A DNA stretch of 38,606 bases, from UHGV virus genome UHGV-0211288, one strand, 5' to 3'. The stretch is from a virus. Below are positions 34,351 to 38,606 of the stretch, in pieces (the stretch's first letter is position 1; each line of letters opens with the position of its first letter). A model generated the notes under the pieces. That model worked only from the letters and a program-made list of their open reading frames with translations, had not been told where the DNA came from and ran no database searches. Both the position numbers and the translations under genes were made by a program.

Positions 34351-34547
34351 TTTAGTACCTTCTCAATTTCCTGCTCTAGCCATTCATCTTTCGTTGCTAG
34401 CAAGGTGCCTTCTTTGGAATAATATTCATCGATCAACCTTGCTGGATTTTCTGTGGTTCCCTCACCTTCGAACGAAACCACATGAATAACTTCCATCATT
34501 TTAACTTCACGAACATGTTTTGATTTCTTAGGTAGTACCATTTTCAT
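34347..34547 (-). CDS. hypothetical protein (66 aa)
   Basis: ORF with ATGA overlap to the upstream gene. Confidence 0.4.
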   Translation of the reverse strand: MKMVLPKKSKHVREVKMMEVIHVVSFEGEGTTENPARLIDEYYSKEGTLLATKDEWLEQEIEKVLK

Positions 34548-34732
34548 CCCCCACTTTCTATAGCTTTACGGACAATCGGATCTCGATATAACATTTTGTA
34601 CTTGAGTTTTTCATGCTGCAGTTGTTCTTGTAACTGCTCAATTTGTTCCTGTTGGTCCACTATTGTATAGGACATGATAATAACTATAGTCCCCAATAAA
34701 AGTACGGCAATACCAATAATCCTTCTTCTCAT
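34544..34732 (-). CDS. small membrane-anchored protein (62 aa)
   Basis: N-terminal TM helix IIGIAVLLLGTIVIIM followed by a Gln/Glu-rich coiled coil. Confidence 0.4.
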   Translation of the reverse strand: MRRRIIGIAVLLLGTIVIIMSYTIVDQQEQIEQLQEQLQHEKLKYKMLYRDPIVRKAIESGG

Positions 34733-34875
34733 TCAAACACCTCTCGTTATTTAATATATTTTCCAAACATTCCCTGACACTCTTATATAAGCTACTTTCG
34801 CCTATTTTTGAACCACTATGATCCTCTATGATATTCTAACGGCTTCTAATCCTTTGTCATCTTTAAATCAAGTTC

Positions 34876-34904
34876 TTGCCAAAAATGGGGATTGCTGTTA
34901 TATT
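34876..34904 (+). promoter_or_regulatory. sigma-A-type promoter (TTGCCA-N17-TATATT) driving the + strand island
   Basis: Seen directly. Good -35 and -10 with 17-nt spacing, in the intergenic region divergent from the small-membrane-protein operon. Confidence 0.45.
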
Positions 34905-34907
34905 ATT

Positions 34908-35081
34908 GGTGAGGATATAGATCTTACTCCTCGCCAAGCCTGAATCTGGATCATTCGTGATCGAAGTGGGAATTGAGTGCACCCACGTTCCCCCGCGGGC
35001 GGGTTAGCCTAGCGTTTGTCTGCATGGGACGGTATCCATGCTTTGCACTCTTATTTTTTTTGTACATTTTTGGAGGTTAGA
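34908..35081 (+). promoter_or_regulatory. GC-rich multi-hairpin 5' leader (candidate riboregulator, attenuator or small RNA) upstream of ORF 35082-35633
   Basis: Four consecutive hairpins: GGTGAGGA..TCCTCGCC; GATCA-TTCG-TGATC (UUCG tetraloop); GTGGG..CCCAC; GCATGG-gacggtat-CCATGC, the last followed 12 nt later by TTTTTTTT. Local GC is far above the surrounding AT-rich DNA. No protein-coding potential. Confidence 0.35.
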
Positions 35082-35633
35082 ATGAATACAGATTTCTCTC
35101 TCACTTATAATCAGTATCTTTCTAACTTTGATGGAAAGATGGCTATCCTAACAACAAAGTTTGAACCTTTAGATAGGTTTTATATTAAGTTCGATATAAA
35201 GCAATTACCTCACTTATTGGGTCTTCAATACATCTACACCGATCCGCCCCAAACATTATGCGAAATGCTCTGCAACAAGGACATAACTTACGAAAAACTG
35301 CAGCGTCATCAAAATTTCGTGAAAATTAAAGATCGTATCACATTGTTTCCGTATATACTAAATATTTTTTTAGAAGACTATAATGCCTCGGTGATATATG
35401 TCTCTGAGCAAGATCGTCATGGATCTTCAATGAAGTTAGATATCGTGTTTGCCCATCCACATAAAAACAAATATCTGAACTTAGGACTGAGAGAAACGAG
35501 AGAATCAATTTATTCACCCGTAACTTTCTATGTCTTTAAGAAAGGGCGGCATCCAGTTATGCCTTCTTCAAAAAGGGCAAAGGTTGAAACAATAGAATTT
35601 ATCAACCCAACTAGACAAATACAACTCTTTTAA
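35082..35633 (+). CDS. hypothetical protein (183 aa) on the lysogeny strand; candidate accessory, toxin or defence gene
   Basis: RBS GGAGG 5 nt upstream of the ATG at 35082; the track start at 35016 has no RBS. Strong terminator downstream. No motif recognised with confidence. Confidence 0.55.
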   Translation: MNTDFSLTYNQYLSNFDGKMAILTTKFEPLDRFYIKFDIKQLPHLLGLQYIYTDPPQTLCEMLCNKDITYEKLQRHQNFVKIKDRITLFPYILNIFLEDYNASVIYVSEQDRHGSSMKLDIVFAHPHKNKYLNLGLRETRESIYSPVTFYVFKKGRHPVMPSSKRAKVETIEFINPTRQIQLF

Positions 35634-35644
35634 GTTTTAGTAGA

Positions 35645-35670
35645 CCATCGTAAGCGATGGTTTTTTTGAT
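35645..35670 (+). terminator. rho-independent terminator (ACCATCG taag CGATGGT + TTTTTTT)
   Basis: Perfect 7-bp stem with a tetraloop followed by a 7-T run, seen directly. Confidence 0.7.
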
Positions 35671-35725
35671 GTCTGAATTCCGTTATCGCTGACGATTGTT
35701 GAATTAATTATATTTTTCTTTTATC

Positions 35726-35935
35726 ATGATATTTATAAAAGGGGTGAGTACTTTGAAAAAAAGAACCTTACTAAATTTCTATCTATTTATCGCCCTCGTC
35801 AACTTTGTTAGTGCATTACTTTTGGTCTTCATAAACAATGGAAGTACCGGATTAAAGATTGCTAGCTTCTTATTTTTTGTAAACTTTGTCTTGAATATGT
35901 TACTTGCTACTAAACGTTCTAAAGGCAAACTTTAA
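35726..35935 (+). CDS. small membrane protein (2 TM; 69 aa from ATG 35726, or 60 aa from TTG 35753 which has an AAGGGGTGA RBS)
   Basis: Hydrophobic helices LLNFYLFIALVNFVSALLLVFI and IASFLFFVNFVLNMLLA with a basic C-terminus. Confidence 0.4.
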   Translation: MIFIKGVSTLKKRTLLNFYLFIALVNFVSALLLVFINNGSTGLKIASFLFFVNFVLNMLLATKRSKGKL

Positions 35936-35987
35936 GGCTAATTTCTATTAGTCTTTTTTGTTTGCTATTTCGTCGGATAGCTGACTA

Positions 35988-36707
35988 TTATTCAGATAAT
36001 TCGAGCGGAGTGAGAATCTTATTTTCAATCGCTCGTATTGCATTTTCGGTCAAAATTCTTTGCCATCGTTTATTTTTTGGCGACCAACGCATTGCAGCTG
36101 ATTTTAACAAGCCTCTTATATCCTCGGACGGCTTTCCGTTAGTTACGATATAAATTCGGTTATCTTCTAAATCGATGCCATAACCAGCAATTTCTTCGTG
36201 TTCAAGTTCGCTATAAAATGCTTGCCAGCCTTCTTCTTTTGCTTTAGCTTTTCGTTTAGCTTCTACATTTTCTCTTTGTTCGATCAAAACTGGATCAAAC
36301 ATTTTTCTTGTATTATCTAAAAATCTTTCATGCTTCCCATCGTTGGCGTATAGTTCCCTTTCCAACTCATGAATGCGATCAAGTTCACGCTTTTTCTTTC
36401 TAGTGGGATAGTTAGCACCGCCGGAAATCATTACAGATGGAATTGTCGTAGCTTTCAAAATGTTGGTTCGCAACTCAACTACCAATTTGTTGTATTTAAC
36501 AAGCCTTTCATTCAAAGCTTTTTCATTTTCTGGTGTGACGAATGATCTAAAGTCATTTACAAAAGATTCGATATAACTTTCAATCTCCTTATTAAAGTCT
36601 CTTCCTCGGTAAAAAGAAGTCAATTCTTCGTAACGTTGTCCTACTTCTTTCGGAATCTTGTAAACAAGTTCAAAATTTCCTTGTTGCACTTTTTCAAAAG
36701 TTAACAT
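35988..36707 (-). CDS. hypothetical protein (239 aa)
   Basis: Long ORF in the early region; charged, no motif recognised. Confidence 0.5.
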   Translation of the reverse strand: MLTFEKVQQGNFELVYKIPKEVGQRYEELTSFYRGRDFNKEIESYIESFVNDFRSFVTPENEKALNERLVKYNKLVVELRTNILKATTIPSVMISGGANYPTRKKKRELDRIHELERELYANDGKHERFLDNTRKMFDPVLIEQRENVEAKRKAKAKEEGWQAFYSELEHEEIAGYGIDLEDNRIYIVTNGKPSEDIRGLLKSAAMRWSPKNKRWQRILTENAIRAIENKILTPLELSE

Positions 36708-36729
36708 TTGCTAAAACTCCTTCAGTTGG

Positions 36730-36975
36730 TTATTTTGGTGGATTGCTGACCATGTAATTAAGAGCCTGGTCTACGTAGTGCATGACTTGAATGCTATCAA
36801 CGTTCACGCCTTTATCTCTCAATGCATTTAACATATTGGTTAAATATTCTGCTCGTGTGGTTAGTGCATACCAATAGTCTTCGGCAGTTAGATCAGCCCA
36901 TTCTTCGATTATTTCTCTTTCAACAGTGCATAAAACCGAATCAACTAATAGTTTTTGACGTTTTATTTCTGTCAT
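36730..36975 (-). CDS. hypothetical protein (81 aa from MTEIKRQ)
   Basis: The ATG at 36975 overlaps the TAA of the upstream gene (TAATG coupling); the track start at 36990 has no RBS. Confidence 0.4.
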   Translation of the reverse strand: MTEIKRQKLLVDSVLCTVEREIIEEWADLTAEDYWYALTTRAEYLTNMLNALRDKGVNVDSIQVMHYVDQALNYMVSNPPK

Positions 36976-37211
36976 TAAAATTCCTCGCATTCCGTAATAT
37001 CTTCCAATTGCTGACTTGCCATTTCATCATCCAACTGCTCAAACAAAATAGAATAATCATCAATATCCAATTTCTTTGCGATTTCTCCAACCGTCCTAAG
37101 TGTGACGCTAGTCCTTTTGCTTTTAGCAATCATTTGCGTTTTGCTTAAAACAAGATTTTTATTTTTCAAATGCCAATCAACGTTTGCCCAGAAAACTTCT
37201 GTGATGCCCAT
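36975..37211 (-). CDS. small HTH-containing protein (78 aa from MGITEVF...)
   Basis: RBS AAAGGAGTG 5 nt upstream of the ATG at 37211. HTH-like segment RTSVTLRTVGEIAKKLDID followed by an acidic tail. Confidence 0.4.
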   Translation of the reverse strand: MGITEVFWANVDWHLKNKNLVLSKTQMIAKSKRTSVTLRTVGEIAKKLDIDDYSILFEQLDDEMASQQLEDITECEEF

Positions 37212-37344
37212 GTTCCCACTCCTTTGTTTCTTTCCGAACCGCGATTCCATTTCTATTGCAATCCGGACAGTTGATTGCTACTGCCCGGCCATATTTATCT
37301 TTTCCCCAAATGATACGTTCATCTTTACATCTGCTGCAGGTCAT
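37177..37344 (-). CDS. small zinc-ribbon protein (55 aa, MTCSRCKDERIIWGKDKYGRAVAINCPDCN...)
   Basis: Not in the track. CxxC-X19-CxxC. RBS GAAGGTGA upstream. Its 3' end overlaps the start of the HTH gene in another frame. Confidence 0.35.
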   Translation of the reverse strand: MTCSRCKDERIIWGKDKYGRAVAINCPDCNRNGIAVRKETKEWEHGHHRSFLGKR

Positions 37345-37541
37345 ACGATCACCTTCTCAATTGTTTTGTTTCCAGCAAATGAAGATATACTAACCCGATA
37401 TCAATCACTTTTTCGTTCATGATTTCCGCAACCTGTGATGGCTTAAATCCCTTTCAAATAGATTTTTTGCTTGGTTAATTACAGCAACACTCCAATAAAA
37501 CTTTGCATCTTGAAGGATAATTGTTTTTCCGTCTTCAAATG

Positions 37542-38300
37542 TCAATAAGGATCATCTTCTTCATCATCTACTGATGGCTCGTTTTCACTGATATCCGAAT
37601 GCTCATCTTCCTGAATAAGTTCACCCTCAGTATCAGAATTGGTCATACCGGTATCAGTTTCATCGGTTTTGGTACTCAAATCATCACTTTCGGTACTGTT
37701 TTCTTCTGATTTGTTATCCTCATCCTCAGCTTCTTCTTTGGTCTCTTGGAAAACAACCTCATTGCGTTTTTTGTCCCAAGCTGCTGCGTAAGGAGCATAA
37801 TACTCTCGTGCTTTTTCAAGTTCATTTAAAACAGTGAGAGCAGACATTTCGTAATCTTTTGCAATTTCTTCTATCGGTTCTCCATCTTCAATTCTGATCA
37901 ACACACTTCGCGGATTAATGTTTCCAGGAAACTCAAGAGATTTTGCTGCACGGATAAACTCGTCTACGATTTCTTTGGTCACTTCAAATGGACGATTTTC
38001 GATATCAATATTTCCTTGTTCGTCAACTTCTAACTGTGTTTGTTCTTTCTCAACAAAATCAATCGTTCCGTCATTATTGACAACATACTCTTGAGTTGGT
38101 GCATTGGTGCTTTTATCGAAAGGCACTGTATAACGATAATATTGAGGAATAATTTGGATTGTGACTGCTTTATTAGTTAGCTGAGTCAGTTCTTCTACTT
38201 TTCCTTTTAACTCGCTGATTGGCACCTCAAGCAAGATTTTCTTTTTATCATCGTTTCCTAAACCTTTGTCACGTACTGTTGCGTTGAATTCTAATGTCAT
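37542..38300 (-). CDS. hypothetical protein with highly acidic C-terminal half ending ...DDEEDDPY (possible ssDNA-binding or DNA-mimic protein)
   Basis: 252-aa ORF. The last ~75 residues are about 50% Asp/Glu/Ser/Thr. The terminal motif resembles that of the RecT-like protein at 2178-3242. Confidence 0.5.
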   Translation of the reverse strand: MTLEFNATVRDKGLGNDDKKKILLEVPISELKGKVEELTQLTNKAVTIQIIPQYYRYTVPFDKSTNAPTQEYVVNNDGTIDFVEKEQTQLEVDEQGNIDIENRPFEVTKEIVDEFIRAAKSLEFPGNINPRSVLIRIEDGEPIEEIAKDYEMSALTVLNELEKAREYYAPYAAAWDKKRNEVVFQETKEEAEDEDNKSEENSTESDDLSTKTDETDTGMTNSDTEGELIQEDEHSDISENEPSVDDEEDDPY

Positions 38301-38489
38301 TTATTTATCCTCCTTATTTTTTGAATCAAATATGATACATGAAATAACCCCTAAGGATTGCGAAGATGTTGATACATGAAGTGTTTTTCCTTCTTCATAC
38401 TGGATTGCGGCAATGGTAACTTCCTTATATTCATCTCCGTGAAGTTTTGCTAGGCTTGTTATAATTGTTCCGAGCTCGCTAATCTCCAT
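38301..38489 (-). CDS. hypothetical protein (62 aa)
   Basis: Strong RBS AAGGAGGG 6 nt upstream of the ATG at 38489. Stop abuts the next gene. Confidence 0.45.
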   Translation of the reverse strand: MEISELGTIITSLAKLHGDEYKEVTIAAIQYEEGKTLHVSTSSQSLGVISCIIFDSKNKEDK

Positions 38490-38606
38490 CCGAAAGCCCT
38501 CCTTTTTTATCTAAAATTTGATTTTTAAAATTTTGCAAATAGCGTAACTGCTGCTTTGCGTATTGATAATCTGAACAACAGTTAAGACGATGAAAAACAT
38601 CGTTTA

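Noticed and set aside
34930-35045. GC-rich segment considered as a tRNA or tmRNA gene
   Set aside because: No 7-bp acceptor stem, no T-loop GTTCRANYC, and no cloverleaf could be drawn. The hairpins are sequential rather than cloverleaf-like. Kept as a structured leader instead.
34908-35633. Type III toxin-antitoxin (ToxIN-like) interpretation of the structured RNA plus downstream protein
   Set aside because: Type III antitoxin RNAs are tandem direct repeats preceding the toxin gene. No tandem repeats are present here, only distinct hairpins, so the classic ToxI-like architecture is not supported.

Overview
This window reads as a complete, circularly permuted genome of a temperate siphovirus from a low-GC Firmicutes host. 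The host guess (Lactobacillales, Enterococcus-like) rests on the ArpU-family late regulator, the phiLC3-type holin, the GH25+SH3b lysin and the roughly 35% GC content; all of it is inference. No host flanks are visible. The integrase, a large serine recombinase, sits next to the lysis cassette rather than at a window edge, so attP appears intact and the phage is not shown integrated here.

Gene order:
- The lysogeny strand (+ here) carries the cI-like HTH/S24 repressor (7649-8245), a small zinc-ribbon gene, and the integrase (8627-9982).
- A divergent Cro-like gene (7247-7462, -) leads a minus-strand early operon, in this order: SbcC/Rad50-like ATPase with a zinc hook, a RecT-like protein, an MBL-fold hydrolase, a DnaD-type replisome organizer with internal iterons, and a DUF1064 protein.
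- That early operon continues across the window boundary, from 38489 down through small regulatory and hypothetical genes to the ArpU-like late activator (33565-34044).
- The late operon follows on the minus strand: terS, terL, SPP1-type portal, minor head protein, scaffold, MCP, four connector/neck genes, major tail protein, a DxD-motif putative glycosyltransferase, the tail chaperone G with a -1 frameshift into G-T, TMP, Dit, a 1508-aa Tal/fibre, XhlA-like protein, holin and GH25-SH3b endolysin.
- Every plus-strand ORF embedded in these minus-strand operons (6475-6726, 8328-8528, 10101-10521, 35082-35935) is a candidate lysogeny-expressed moron.

Most interesting observations:
- A likely virion O-glycosylation module: Thr-rich C-terminal tails on both MCP and MTP, plus a co-located GT-like gene.
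- LQFFA motifs on the scaffold and MCP N-termini, matching the host Prp protease cleavage site.
- A plus-strand island with a sigma-A promoter, a GC-rich multi-hairpin leader, a 183-aa unknown protein, a strong terminator and a small membrane protein.
- An AT-rich 288-aa moron between ArpU and terS.
- Two early proteins sharing an acidic ...EDDPY C-terminus.

All product calls come from motifs read by eye; no database searches were run.
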